The notes beneath the pieces are model-generated. The model saw only the letters and a list, made by a program, of their open reading frames with translations, was not told the DNA's origin and did not search any database. This document shows positions 28,929 through 38,588 of a DNA stretch of 64,000 nucleotides, piece by piece (positions within the stretch are counted from its first letter, which is position 1; every line of letters begins with the position of its first letter). The position numbers and the translations under genes were made by a program. Source of the DNA: an uncultured Solirubrobacterales bacterium (GTDB lineage: Bacteria > Actinomycetota > Thermoleophilia > Solirubrobacterales > Solirubrobacteraceae); assembly GCA_963773165.1 (NCBI GenBank), contig CAVZAK010000036.1:16080-80079 (forward strand), read 5' to 3'.

Positions 28929-29627
28929 ATGAGAGCCGTTGTCCAGCCCAGCGATAGGCAGCAACGAGAGCAGGAGCGCGAGCACGAGCCGGCGCGGATC
29001 CGGGTACTCGTGGTCGATGATCACCCAGCCGTCCGGATCGGCTTGCGCGAGCTCCTGGAGGCCGAGGAAGAGTTCGTCGTCGTCGACGCCGTCGCCACGG
29101 CCGAGGACGCGCTGGACGTCGCCGAACGCACATGGATAGACGTCGCGGTCGTCGATTATCAACTGAGCGGTCGAAACGGCCTATGGCTGAGCCGCAAGCT
29201 CAAGCGGCTGCCGCATCCCCCGCGCGTCGTCATCTATTCCGCCTACTACGACGGCCTGCTGGCCGCCGCGGCCGTGGTGGCGGAAGCAGACGGTCTGGTC
29301 AGCAAGGGCAGTCTCGGCTCCGAGCTCACGTTCGCGATCGGGAGCGTCGCGCGCGGCCAGCTGCTGCTGCCGGCCGTTCCGCCGCGTCTGGCGGAGATGC
29401 TTCGGCGGCAGCTCGACCAAGCAGAACAGGCAATTTTCGGGATGCTTCTGGCCGGAATCCCGCCGCGCGAGATCGCAGCCACGCTGAACATCTCGTTCGG
29501 CACCCTGGAGTCCCGTCAATGGGCGATGTTGCGCAAGATGCAGGCCGGACAGCCAGATCCGGCTCTGGGACGCACCCACGCAGCGACGGAGCGCCGGCAT
29601 TCGCCGCGGCGCTCGTTGCCACGGTGA
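28929..29627 (+). CDS. NarL-family response regulator with degenerate LuxR HTH
   Basis: AAGGAGA RBS; VVDDHP, VVDYQL, SKG; C-terminal REIAATLNIS. Confidence 0.8.
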   Translation: MRAVVQPSDRQQREQEREHEPARIRVLVVDDHPAVRIGLRELLEAEEEFVVVDAVATAEDALDVAERTWIDVAVVDYQLSGRNGLWLSRKLKRLPHPPRVVIYSAYYDGLLAAAAVVAEADGLVSKGSLGSELTFAIGSVARGQLLLPAVPPRLAEMLRRQLDQAEQAIFGMLLAGIPPREIAATLNISFGTLESRQWAMLRKMQAGQPDPALGRTHAATERRHSPRRSLPR

Positions 29628-29692
29628 GCGACTGGGCGTACTCCGCCTCGGACGTCATTGTTCGTCGGGCTGCCACCATTGCAAGCAGCCCC

Positions 29693-30712
29693 ATGACGAA
29701 CGCCGACCTCACAACGTCCGAGCCGAGCCACAGGCGGCCGTACGTCCCGCTGTTTCAGAGGGTCGCGGTGATGAACGCGGTGCTGCTGATCGCCGCTGTC
29801 GCCGTGGCGATCGGGTTGCTGGCGCCCGAGAAGATCTCCTCGTTCCAGGTCGACAAGGAGGTCATCGCGCTCGTGATCGCCTTGGCGCTCGTGGTACTCG
29901 CGAACATCCTCCTGCTCCGGCGGGTCATATCGCCGTTGCAGGCGCTCGCCTCGCTCGCTCGCCGCGTCGATCTCGCCAATCCGGGTGAGCGGATGCCAGG
30001 CGCCGAGCCAACGTCGGAAGCGGGCGAGCTGGCGCTCACGTTCAATGAGATGCTCGACCGGATGGAGGCCGAGCGGCGCGACGCCACCGGGCGCGTGCTC
30101 GCAGGTCAGGAGGCCGAGCGACTCCGGATCGCCCAGGAGCTCCACGACCAGGTCGGCCAGCAGCTCACCGCCGTCCTCCTCGTGCTCTCGCGCGTGTACA
30201 CCCGGGCCCCACAGGAACTCCAGGGCGAGGTGCTCGAGGTGCAGGCCGCCGTCCGTTCCGGGCTGGAGGATGTCAGGCGGATCGCGATCGAGCTGCGACC
30301 GGAGGCGCTCGATGACCTGGGGTTGGAGAGCGCCCTGGCCGTTCTGTGCGAGCGGTTCGCCGAGCGCACCGGGCTCGCGGTCGACCAGCAGATCGCCGAC
30401 GACCTACCGCAGCTGGCACCGGAGACGGAGCTGGTGGTCTATCGCGTCGCCCAGGAGGCGCTCACGAATGTGGCCCGCCATTCGGGCAGCGACGAGGCGG
30501 AGATGACGCTCGACGCGAGCGACGGCGTGATCACGCTCGCGGTCCGCGACCGCGGCCGCGGCCTCGGTAGCGGCGGGCGGGAACCCGGTGGAGGCATCCG
30601 TGGGATGCGCGAGCGGGCGGCGCTGATCGGCGCCAAGCTGCGAATCGGCTCACGCCCGTCGGGGACCGGTTGCGAGGTCCGGCTCGACATTCCGTGGAAC
30701 GGCACGTTATGA
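29693..30712 (+). CDS. HAMP/HisKA_3 sensor histidine kinase
   Basis: two TMs, HAMP, IAQELHDQVGQ, QEALTNVARH, DRGRG, GIRGMRERA; alternative start GTG 29624. Confidence 0.88.
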   Translation: MTNADLTTSEPSHRRPYVPLFQRVAVMNAVLLIAAVAVAIGLLAPEKISSFQVDKEVIALVIALALVVLANILLLRRVISPLQALASLARRVDLANPGERMPGAEPTSEAGELALTFNEMLDRMEAERRDATGRVLAGQEAERLRIAQELHDQVGQQLTAVLLVLSRVYTRAPQELQGEVLEVQAAVRSGLEDVRRIAIELRPEALDDLGLESALAVLCERFAERTGLAVDQQIADDLPQLAPETELVVYRVAQEALTNVARHSGSDEAEMTLDASDGVITLAVRDRGRGLGSGGREPGGGIRGMRERAALIGAKLRIGSRPSGTGCEVRLDIPWNGTL

Positions 30713-31365
30713 CGCCGCTGAAGACAAGGATCCTGCTGGCCGACGACCACGCCGTCGTCCGCCACGGCCTGCGGATGGTGCTCGACTCCGAGCCGGACCT
30801 GCAGGTGGTCGCAGAGGCCGGAGACGGCGCCGAAGCGGTCAAGCGAGCGCTGATGGAGGACATCGACCTCGCGATCCTGGACATCGCCATGCCGAGGCTG
30901 ACCGGACTGCAGGCCGCCCGCGAGCTTCACCGCCGCCGCCCGCAGCTACGGCTCCTGATCCTCTCCATGCACCAGAACGAGCAGTACCTCTACGAGGCGC
31001 TCAAGGCCGGCGGCTCCGGATACGTGCTGAAAACCGTTGCCGATCGGGATCTCGTGCAGGCCTGCCGCGCCGCCATGCGCGGAGAGCCGTTCCTGTATCC
31101 GGGAGCGATGACCCCGCTGATCCGCGACTACCTGCATCGGGCTCGCAACGACGAGAACCTGCCCGAGGATCCGCTCACCGCGCGCGAGCAGGAGGTGGTC
31201 AAATTGATCGCCGAGGGCTACAGCACCAAGCAGATCGCCGAGGCCCTCGTGATCAGCGAGAAGACCGTCGAGCGCCACCGGGCGAACATCCTCGAAAAGC
31301 TGGGCATGCACGACCGGGTCCAGCTCACCCGCTACGCCATCCGGCGCGGCCTCGTCGAGGCCTGA
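30709..31365 (+). CDS. NarL/LuxR response regulator
   Basis: LADDHAVV, ILDIAMP, YVLK, LTAREQEVVKLIAEG...TVERHRANILEKL. Confidence 0.92.
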   Translation: MTPLKTRILLADDHAVVRHGLRMVLDSEPDLQVVAEAGDGAEAVKRALMEDIDLAILDIAMPRLTGLQAARELHRRRPQLRLLILSMHQNEQYLYEALKAGGSGYVLKTVADRDLVQACRAAMRGEPFLYPGAMTPLIRDYLHRARNDENLPEDPLTAREQEVVKLIAEGYSTKQIAEALVISEKTVERHRANILEKLGMHDRVQLTRYAIRRGLVEA

Positions 31366-31394
31366 GAGCACGATGGCCCTTGCCAGCCGGGCAA

Positions 31395-31414
31395 TATGGG
31401 GAGTAGACCCCATA
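31395..31414. promoter_or_regulatory. inverted repeat TATGGGG-N6-CCCCATA, candidate response-regulator site
   Basis: perfect 7-bp arms, 30 bp after the RR stop; TAGGTT -10-like box at 31436-31441. Confidence 0.45.
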
Positions 31415-31575
31415 GGAACGCCCGCCCCGGATACATAGGTTCACACTGCGCCCGCGCGCGGGGCGCGATGTGGGCAAAGGGCCGAGTACGAACTTCTCCC
31501 GCATAACCAACAACATCACACACCCGCATAGGGCACAGGATGTGTCCACAGCCGTATATCTGGGGGCGACCAATA

Positions 31576-31613
31576 GTCCTCCACCGCGCGTGGTCCTTCG
31601 CGCGGTGGAGGAC
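31576..31613. repeat. perfect 15-bp stem hairpin
   Basis: GTCCTCCACCGCGCG-TGGTCCTT-CGCGCGGTGGAGGAC. Confidence 0.85.
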
Positions 31614-31615
31614 CA

Positions 31616-31665
31616 CCCCCCGCGCGTCCGGGAATCCCTCCCTCTCGCGCGCGGGGGGACCTTTT
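31616..31665 (+). terminator. 11-bp GC stem followed by ACCTTTT, possible intrinsic terminator
   Basis: CCCCCCGCGCG-N21-CGCGCGGGGGG then ACCTTTT. Confidence 0.45.
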
Positions 31666-31702
31666 ACGCGGGGCTCCGGCGCGGGCCGAGACCCTGCATA
31701 GA

Positions 31703-31940
31703 CGCGCCAATTCCGGCGGAAACCCCGGGAAGTGGCGCGCTACCCAGGCCCTTCATGGGCAGCACGTCAAGGCTCGGGTTTTGGCGCGGGATTGTCGTGT
31801 TACCCGCCCCGGTGCCCGATTTGCAGGTCAGGATGGTGCACCGCACGCCATTCTCGGCGCCAACGGCAAGCCGTGGCGTGTCAAGCACACTCCTCGTGCA
31901 CATCACGCCGGGCCTCGGGATTTGGCGCGGTGTTGGCGCG
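31703..31940. repeat. cluster of TTGGCGCG motifs and a 17-bp near-direct repeat
   Basis: TTGGCGCG at 31703 (reverse), 31781, 31922 and 31933; CTCGGG(T/A)TTTGGCGCGG at 31773 and 31914. Confidence 0.65.
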
Positions 31941-32070
31941 CCATGCACCTTCGAGACGCCGTGATCGCGTCCCCTCGTCGCCAGATACCGCCGACGGCGC
32001 CACCGCCGTGCTGTGCAGGTTTTTCCGGGCCGGCGCGCCCCGCCCCTCACCCCAACCCTCAACAGCCGCC

Positions 32071-33210
32071 TTACGCCCGCGCCCCAGCCCGCCTCGCGAG
32101 CAACGCCGCCCCAGCCGAGCTCGTCCCCAGACTGATCACCGACGCCGCGATGATCGCCGCCGCCTCGGTGGCAGTGATCACGTGGGCGGGCAGCCCGAGC
32201 GCGACGATCGCCGCCGGCACGCCGAGCTGGGCGCTCGCCAGCAGGCCCGTGGCGCGTGGCTGGCCGGTCAGCCTGGCGCCGATCAGGTGGGCGAGTGCCG
32301 TCAGCGCTGCGATCGCGAGCGCGACCGCGATCATCGCCGGGTCCTGCGCCAGTCCCCGGAGGTTGATGGTGGCGCCGAGCACGACGAAGAACAACGGAAT
32401 GAAGAAGCCGCCGGCGACGCCGAGCACCTCGGTCGACAGCCGCTTCGGGCCGCCGATGGCGGCCACCATCAGTCCTGCGCCGAAGCCCGCGATCAGGAGG
32501 CTCGCGCCCGTCTGTTGCGCGATCCACGACAGCCCGAACAGGATGATCAGCGCGATGCGCAGATCGATCACCCACCGGTGGCGCTTGCCCTCGCGGCGCA
32601 ATGTCTGGGTGGCCGGAAGGCGGCGCACCAACCTCACCGCCCAGAAGATTCCGATCACGCACACGGCGATCAGTGCGGTCCCCCCGGCGACTCGCGCCGC
32701 GCGGCCCGGGCTGAGCACGAACGGGATTGCGATCGTCCCGGCGATGTCCGCGACCGTCACCTGCGCGATCACCGTCAGGATGGCGGGGCCGGTCAATCCG
32801 CGCTCCTGCACGATCGGGAGCACAACCGCGGCCGACCCTGAGGCGATGAGCGCCGCGTACACAGCGGGGTGGCCGACGCTCCCGATCTGCGATACAAGCA
32901 GTCCGGCGCCGACCGCAAGCACCGCGACCACGACGGCGCCGAGGGCGCCACGACCGAGCGACGCTCTGATCCGCTGGTCGCGCAGCGGGACGTTCATTCC
33001 GACGCTGAACATCAGCATCGCGAATCCGATGTCGCTGAGAAACACGAGCGTCACGTTGGTCGTGTCGATCAGCCGAAGGCCCGTGCGGCCGATGATCACA
33101 CCGGCGAGGATCTCCCCGATGACCGCCGGGACGGCGTTACGACCGGCGATGGACAGCAACGGGCCGCACAGCCCGCAGATGCCAATCAACGCCAGGGTGC
33201 CGAAGCTCAT
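32071..33210 (-). CDS. cation:proton antiporter (CPA2/Kef-like, membrane domain only)
   Basis: 379 aa, about 12 TMs; PAVIGEILAGVIIG, QVTVADIAG, FFIPLFFVVLG. Confidence 0.85.
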   Translation of the reverse strand: MSFGTLALIGICGLCGPLLSIAGRNAVPAVIGEILAGVIIGRTGLRLIDTTNVTLVFLSDIGFAMLMFSVGMNVPLRDQRIRASLGRGALGAVVVAVLAVGAGLLVSQIGSVGHPAVYAALIASGSAAVVLPIVQERGLTGPAILTVIAQVTVADIAGTIAIPFVLSPGRAARVAGGTALIAVCVIGIFWAVRLVRRLPATQTLRREGKRHRWVIDLRIALIILFGLSWIAQQTGASLLIAGFGAGLMVAAIGGPKRLSTEVLGVAGGFFIPLFFVVLGATINLRGLAQDPAMIAVALAIAALTALAHLIGARLTGQPRATGLLASAQLGVPAAIVALGLPAHVITATEAAAIIAASVISLGTSSAGAALLARRAGARA

Positions 33211-33240
33211 CCACGCGAGTTGACCACAAAATGGGGGTGA

Positions 33241-34620
33241 TCACCTCGGTAACGCGACCGGAACCCGCGCCGGCAGCGCGTCCTCGAGCGCCGCGAACGC
33301 CTCCGAGTCGAGCTTGCGACCGGCGTCCCGGCGCATGATCCGGAGCACCTCGTCATGACCGAGCGCCGGACGGTACGGCCGTTCGGCGCTGAGCGCTTCC
33401 GCGACGTCAGCGACAGCGAGGATCCGCGAGGGCAGGTCGAGCTCGTTGGCCGTCAGCCCTGCGAAGTACCCGCTGCCGTCCAGCCGTTCGTGGTGTGCTC
33501 CGGCGATCCGCCCGAGATCCTGGAACGCCCGCACCCGCGTGAGGATCTCCATCGACCACCGTGGATGACACCGCAGGATCTCCCACTCGTTCCGTGTGAG
33601 CGTCCCGGGCTTGTCAAGGATCCGGCTCGAGACACCGAGCTTGCCGACGTCGTGGAGGAGGGCCGCACGTCTGAGAGTGGCGCCCTCGTCGGAGTCGATC
33701 CCGAGCATCGTCGCGAGCGTCACCGCGATCTCGGCGACGCCGGCCGAGTGGCGGGCGGTGTACGGCGATTTGGCGTCGACGACCGACGCAAACGCCTCCG
33801 CGACGCGGTCGAGCCGCTCCTCGTCGGCAACGAGCACGCGGTCGGGAGGCTCGAGCTGCCCCACGGCCGGCGTCTCAAGCGAGTGCCAAAACTCAGTGTC
33901 GTGCTCCAGGGCGACGAGCTCGTCAACCAGCACCGGATCGAACCAGCTACCACGTCGTAGCCGGGCGATGTCGCAGGCGGCACTGGGGCCGCCGCGCCGC
34001 CAGAAAACCTCTGCTGTCTGAGAGAGGCACAGAATGCGCCCGGCCAGCGAGATCTCGTCCCTCGCGATGCCCGCCGGGTACCCTCCCCCATCCCAGTGCT
34101 CATCGAGGTCGAGGATCGCCTGGGCGGCAAGCTCACCGAGACCAATCGCGCGGACGACAGCGGCCCCCCGCTCGCAGCGGAGCTCGACCAGCGACCGAGC
34201 ACCGTCGCTTCCTGATCTAAGCAGGACGGCGACGTGCCGGGCCTTGGCCATTGGCGATTCCCCCGGAGCCGCGGTGCGGAAGAGGTGCACGAGGGCGTGC
34301 CACGGGTCCGTACTGTCGGTCAGCCGGCGTGAGCTCTTCACGGCCGGGTCATCAGCGCCGAACAGAGCGGCGACCTTGGCCGCGTTCGACGAACACCCTG
34401 CGTCCTTGAGCAACAGGGCGTAGAAGATGGAGGAACGCGTCGCATCGTCGAGCTCCAGCGCCTCCGCCAGCCGCATGCCGATGACACAGCTGCGCTCGGC
34501 GTGGCCGCGTGGCTGGCCTTCGGTGATGTCGAGCGCGTGCGAGAGCCCAGCCAGCAGCTCGGAGAGGCGTAGCTCTATCTCTCCCCGGTTGGCACGCTCC
34601 ACGACCGCGTCCTCCAACAT
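33241..34620 (-). CDS. tandem HD-GYP domain phosphodiesterase
   Basis: N-domain LLKDAGC/EHWDGGGYP; C-domain LLHDVGK, HHERLDGSGYF, VADVAEALSAERPYR. Confidence 0.88.
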   Translation of the reverse strand: MLEDAVVERANRGEIELRLSELLAGLSHALDITEGQPRGHAERSCVIGMRLAEALELDDATRSSIFYALLLKDAGCSSNAAKVAALFGADDPAVKSSRRLTDSTDPWHALVHLFRTAAPGESPMAKARHVAVLLRSGSDGARSLVELRCERGAAVVRAIGLGELAAQAILDLDEHWDGGGYPAGIARDEISLAGRILCLSQTAEVFWRRGGPSAACDIARLRRGSWFDPVLVDELVALEHDTEFWHSLETPAVGQLEPPDRVLVADEERLDRVAEAFASVVDAKSPYTARHSAGVAEIAVTLATMLGIDSDEGATLRRAALLHDVGKLGVSSRILDKPGTLTRNEWEILRCHPRWSMEILTRVRAFQDLGRIAGAHHERLDGSGYFAGLTANELDLPSRILAVADVAEALSAERPYRPALGHDEVLRIMRRDAGRKLDSEAFAALEDALPARVPVALPR

Positions 34621-34711
34621 CGCCCCTCAGGATGACGCGGTTTGCACAAAAACTGCCCATACCAGCCAGAAATGCGCAACTTCTGCGCTCGGACTTCGGG
34701 GCAACCGGTGC

Positions 34712-36691
34712 TTATTCTGCTGGCCGATCCTCGAGCTCGTCACAGAGCGCGCGGATGACGTCCGGATCGAACTGGGTGCCGGCGCCCCGGCGCAACTCCA
34801 CGATCGCTTCCTCACGGGTGAGCGCGGCTCTGTACGGATGGGCCGTGCGCATCGCATGGTAGGCGTCGCACGCCCCGATGATCCGCGCGCCGATCGGCGC
34901 CTCGGTTGTGCGCAGGCCGTCCGGGTAGCCGCTCCCGTCCCACCGCTCCTGTGAGGATCGCACGAGCGGCGCCACCGGGGCCAGCGATGGCGCGGACCGC
35001 ACAATCCGCTCGCCGACGATCGGGTACTGGCGCATGAACTGCTGCTCCTCTGCATCGAGCTCGCCGGCCTTGTGGAGGATCGCGTCCGGCAGCGCGATCT
35101 TGCCGATGTCGTGGAGTTCGGCCGCTCGCTCGACCTGCTGAGCCTCGACCTCGTCCAGACCGAGACGCCGGGCCACTCGAGCGGCGATCGTCGCGACCGA
35201 GCGCATGTGCTCATACAGCGCGGGGTCGCGCTCATCGAGGATCGTCAGTACGGCATCCCGCGTCTGCACCTGGTCGACCGTTCGCCCCGACTTCGAGGCG
35301 TACATACGAACGTCGGCGATCCGCAATGCTCCGGGCACTGTGGCGGCCTCCGCCGGGCAGATCACGCTCCCAGTGGAGCTCGTGATGGAGAAGGCATCGC
35401 CGTGCTCGGACAACGCATCGTGGGCCTTCGCGAGTGCCGTCTCAGCCGGCCCTCCCTCTCCCTCGACGATTGCGCAGAACTCATCGCCGCCCATGCGGTA
35501 GGCGACCCCGGGGGCAACCGCGGCAGCCAGGCGGCCGGCGAGACGCATCAACAGGGCGTCGCCGCTCAGATGACCGAAGGTGTCGTTGTACCGCTTGAAC
35601 CCGTCCAGGTCGAACAGCGCCAGCGTGAACACGCGTGGCTTGTCCCGTGGCTCGAGCCGCCGTTCCAGTTCGCGCACGAGCAGGCGCCGGTTGCCGAGAC
35701 CGGTTAGGTCGTCGGTGAGCGCCTGGCTGCGGCTGCGCTCGAGCAACTCGAGCGCGATCGACATGCGCGCGATCATCACCGTCAGCGCGGCGACGGCAAG
35801 TCCGGCGGCGAGACCGCGAGCTCCGTGCGCGGCAGCAAGGATCAGCACGGTGAGCGCCGCCGCGGCGCTCAGCAGCGGCCCCGGGAGGCGCCGGGCCGCT
35901 CGCGATGGAACCGGTGCCTGGTGGCTGGGCTGGAACGCGGCGAGACCCAGCAGCAACGCCGAGGCCACGAACAACGTGTCCGCCGTTGACCCTCGATGGA
36001 ATCGTCCCTCGTCGGCTAGGTGCACCAGCACCGCATCGCCGACTACGTTCACCGCGATCGCCGCCGCGAGCAGCGCCCATGAAGGCCCCGGCTGCCAGCC
36101 GGTCACGCCCAGGACGGCGACGACGAACATCAGACCCACGAGCGCCGCGAGCAGGAACGCCTGCGGCGGCGCGGCCGGCCCTTGGATGTGGTGCTCCTCG
36201 TGGGCGGGGAACAGTACGACCGCTGCGACGGCCGCGGCGGCGAGCCCGGCGAGCAGACCATCGAGCACGACCACGGTGTCGAAGTGGCGCACGCGCTCGC
36301 GAGCGAGCAGGACCAGCGTTGTGTAGGCAAACGCGAACGCAAGGAACAGCAGGATCTGGGTGCTCCGCGGGTACCAGGCCCTCGGATCTGACACCGATAG
36401 GCGAAACACGATCTCCGCCGTCCCCCACAGGAACACGCCGACCGCCGCGAACGCCCAAGCGGCCCTCGCGTCTCCTCGCCACGCCCGCAGCGCGCAGCTC
36501 GCCGCCGCGACCATGAACAACCCGCAGTACAGCCAGTCGTCAACAAGCGCCGACGACGCACCTGCAATCGCGAAGCCGCCATGGATGGCCACGCCGAGCA
36601 CCGCCACGGCCCCAAATGCAGCGCCACCTCCGAGGAGGTAGGACATCTTGGTTCCGTGCAACCGGCTACCGGATACACGAATCGACGCCAT
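34712..36691 (-). CDS. membrane-bound diguanylate cyclase (GGDEF) fused to HD-GYP
   Basis: multi-TM N-terminus; DLDGFKRYNDTFGH, MGGDEF; LHDIGK, ERWDGSGYP; start 36691 or 36646. Confidence 0.88.
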   Translation of the reverse strand: MASIRVSGSRLHGTKMSYLLGGGAAFGAVAVLGVAIHGGFAIAGASSALVDDWLYCGLFMVAAASCALRAWRGDARAAWAFAAVGVFLWGTAEIVFRLSVSDPRAWYPRSTQILLFLAFAFAYTTLVLLARERVRHFDTVVVLDGLLAGLAAAAVAAVVLFPAHEEHHIQGPAAPPQAFLLAALVGLMFVVAVLGVTGWQPGPSWALLAAAIAVNVVGDAVLVHLADEGRFHRGSTADTLFVASALLLGLAAFQPSHQAPVPSRAARRLPGPLLSAAAALTVLILAAAHGARGLAAGLAVAALTVMIARMSIALELLERSRSQALTDDLTGLGNRRLLVRELERRLEPRDKPRVFTLALFDLDGFKRYNDTFGHLSGDALLMRLAGRLAAAVAPGVAYRMGGDEFCAIVEGEGGPAETALAKAHDALSEHGDAFSITSSTGSVICPAEAATVPGALRIADVRMYASKSGRTVDQVQTRDAVLTILDERDPALYEHMRSVATIAARVARRLGLDEVEAQQVERAAELHDIGKIALPDAILHKAGELDAEEQQFMRQYPIVGERIVRSAPSLAPVAPLVRSSQERWDGSGYPDGLRTTEAPIGARIIGACDAYHAMRTAHPYRAALTREEAIVELRRGAGTQFDPDVIRALCDELEDRPAE

Positions 36692-36883
36692 CCTCCAGAC
36701 CTTCCATCGGACTGCGATCGATCGTACGCCGCGAATTGCCGTCCAACCACGAATGCAGACACATGTTCGGTCCTTGATACGCTGCCGCTTGGCATGTTGC
36801 TCCGACGGTGACCTCACACCCACTTCGGCCGAGCCCCGCCTCGGTCACTGGTCTCTGGCCACACCGTCTTTCGAGGAGCAACC

Positions 36884-37666
36884 TTGTTCGCAGTTGAAGT
36901 AACTGATCTGGAGAAACATTTCCGTCGTCGTCGCGGCAAGCACCGGGACGCGATCTCTGCGCTGGCCGACCTGACGTTCACGATCGACCATCGCGAATGC
37001 GTCGCGATTCTCGGTCAGAACGGATCTGGCAAGTCGACGCTCGTGCGGGCGCTGTCGACATTGCTGTTACCAGACGGCGGGACCGCGCGGGTGTTCGGAC
37101 ATGACGTCGTCCATGACGCGGGCGCCGTCCGGCGGCTCGTCAACCGGGTGTCGGTCGAGGCATCGTTCTTCAAGCGGATGTCGGCGGTCGAGAATCTCTC
37201 GTACGCCGCGCGCTTCTACGGATTGACGCCGGCCGTCACGCGGGAGCGGATCCCCGAGATCCTCGGGCGCGTCGGCTTCCCCGTGTCCCGTTCGACCGAG
37301 TCGATGGAAGACCTCAGCAGGGGAATGCAGCAGAAGGTGGCACTCGCGCGGGCGCTGCTCACCTCGCCCGTTCTGCTCCTTCTCGACGAGCCCACTACCG
37401 GACTGGACCCGCGTTCCAAGCGCGAGGTCCAGTCGTTCATCCAGGACCTGCGGGCGACGCACGACACGACGATCCTGCTCTGCACCCACGATCTCGTCGA
37501 GGCGGAAGCGCTGGCCGAGCGGGTCGGGATCCTGCACGCGGGCCGACTGCTCGCGCTCGAGACGTCGGAAGAACTGGTTGCACGCTACGAGGCGAAGACG
37601 CTGGAGGACGCGTTCTTCACCGCCACCGGGGTCGCACTGGAGGAAGACGAGGAGGTACCAGCATGA
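36884..37666 (+). CDS. ABC exporter ATP-binding protein
   Basis: GQNGSGKS, LSRGMQQK, LLLDEPTTGLD, CTHD. Confidence 0.9.
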   Translation: MFAVEVTDLEKHFRRRRGKHRDAISALADLTFTIDHRECVAILGQNGSGKSTLVRALSTLLLPDGGTARVFGHDVVHDAGAVRRLVNRVSVEASFFKRMSAVENLSYAARFYGLTPAVTRERIPEILGRVGFPVSRSTESMEDLSRGMQQKVALARALLTSPVLLLLDEPTTGLDPRSKREVQSFIQDLRATHDTTILLCTHDLVEAEALAERVGILHAGRLLALETSEELVARYEAKTLEDAFFTATGVALEEDEEVPA

Positions 37667-38502
37667 GTTCCATTACTCGCGAGGGCGGCCTGCGCACCCA
37701 GCTGATCGGCCTTGGCGGCGTGATCGAGCGCAACAGCTACCTGGTCAAGCGCTACCGATGGTGGGAGCTGGCGTTCTTCGTCTGGACGGTGGCCAACACG
37801 CTGTCGATCGCCCTGATCGCCAAAGGCGTCCAGGCTACCGGCGGCCATCTCAACGTCAACCGGGCGACGACCTCGCTGCTGATCGGGGCCGTGATCTGGT
37901 CCTACCTCGGGATCATCTTCGAGATCCTGACCGAGACCGTCGCGTGGGAGCGGTGGGAGGGCACGATCGAGTACACGTTCATGGCGCCGCTGTCGCGAGC
38001 CGTTCACCTGGGCGGCATGGCCCTGTTCGCCGTGCTCTACGGGATCCTGCGCACGGCGCTTCTGTTTTTGGTCGTCGCCGTGTTCTTCGGCCTGCACCTT
38101 CACGACGCAAACTTCGCCACCGCACTCGTGCTGCTCGCGATCGCCTCGGTCTCGTTCGCGGGAGTCGGCATCGTGACAGCCGTTCTGCCGCTGATCTCGC
38201 CGGAGAAGGGCGCCCAATTCGGGTTCATCGCCCAGGGCCTCTTGCTCGTCGTCTCCGGCGTCTACTACCCGGTGTCGGTACTGCCGCAGTGGATGCAGTG
38301 GATCGCGAAGATCTCGCCGGCCACGTACGCGCTGCGCGGGATCCGCGCCGCAATCCTGGACGGCGCCAGCCTCTCAACCCAGTGGGGCAATATATGGCCG
38401 CTGCTGGTGCTCGGCGTCGTGGCGATCCCGCTCGGCCTGTTCGTCTTTCGCGCCGGCGAGCGTTACGCCAAGAAGCACGGGAAGCTCAAGCGGTCAGGGT
38501 GA
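37663..38502 (+). CDS. ABC-2 type permease
   Basis: ERWEGTIEYTFMAP, SGVYYPVSVLPQW, SPATY. Confidence 0.88.
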   Translation: MSSITREGGLRTQLIGLGGVIERNSYLVKRYRWWELAFFVWTVANTLSIALIAKGVQATGGHLNVNRATTSLLIGAVIWSYLGIIFEILTETVAWERWEGTIEYTFMAPLSRAVHLGGMALFAVLYGILRTALLFLVVAVFFGLHLHDANFATALVLLAIASVSFAGVGIVTAVLPLISPEKGAQFGFIAQGLLLVVSGVYYPVSVLPQWMQWIAKISPATYALRGIRAAILDGASLSTQWGNIWPLLVLGVVAIPLGLFVFRAGERYAKKHGKLKRSG

Positions 38503-38588
38503 TCGGTCTCGCCGGTTTCCGTCGCGCACCTTTAACGACGAACGGCGCCCCTGGAGGAGCGCCGTCCGAGCCAACAACTGCCGCGCGT

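Noticed and set aside
31542-31550. GTGTCCACA resembling a DnaA box (possible origin)
   Set aside because: Single 8/9 match, no AT-rich unwinding element, no dnaA or rep gene
31470-33223. ORFs 31470..31964, 31732..32841, 31781..33223 and 31664..32662
   Set aside because: No protein-like composition or motifs; mostly antisense or off-frame shadows of the antiporter gene
33236-33252. GGTGATCACC / TCACCTCGGTAA resembling the left-end operator
   Set aside because: Imperfect match overlapping the HD-GYP stop codon, 27 kb from the regulator
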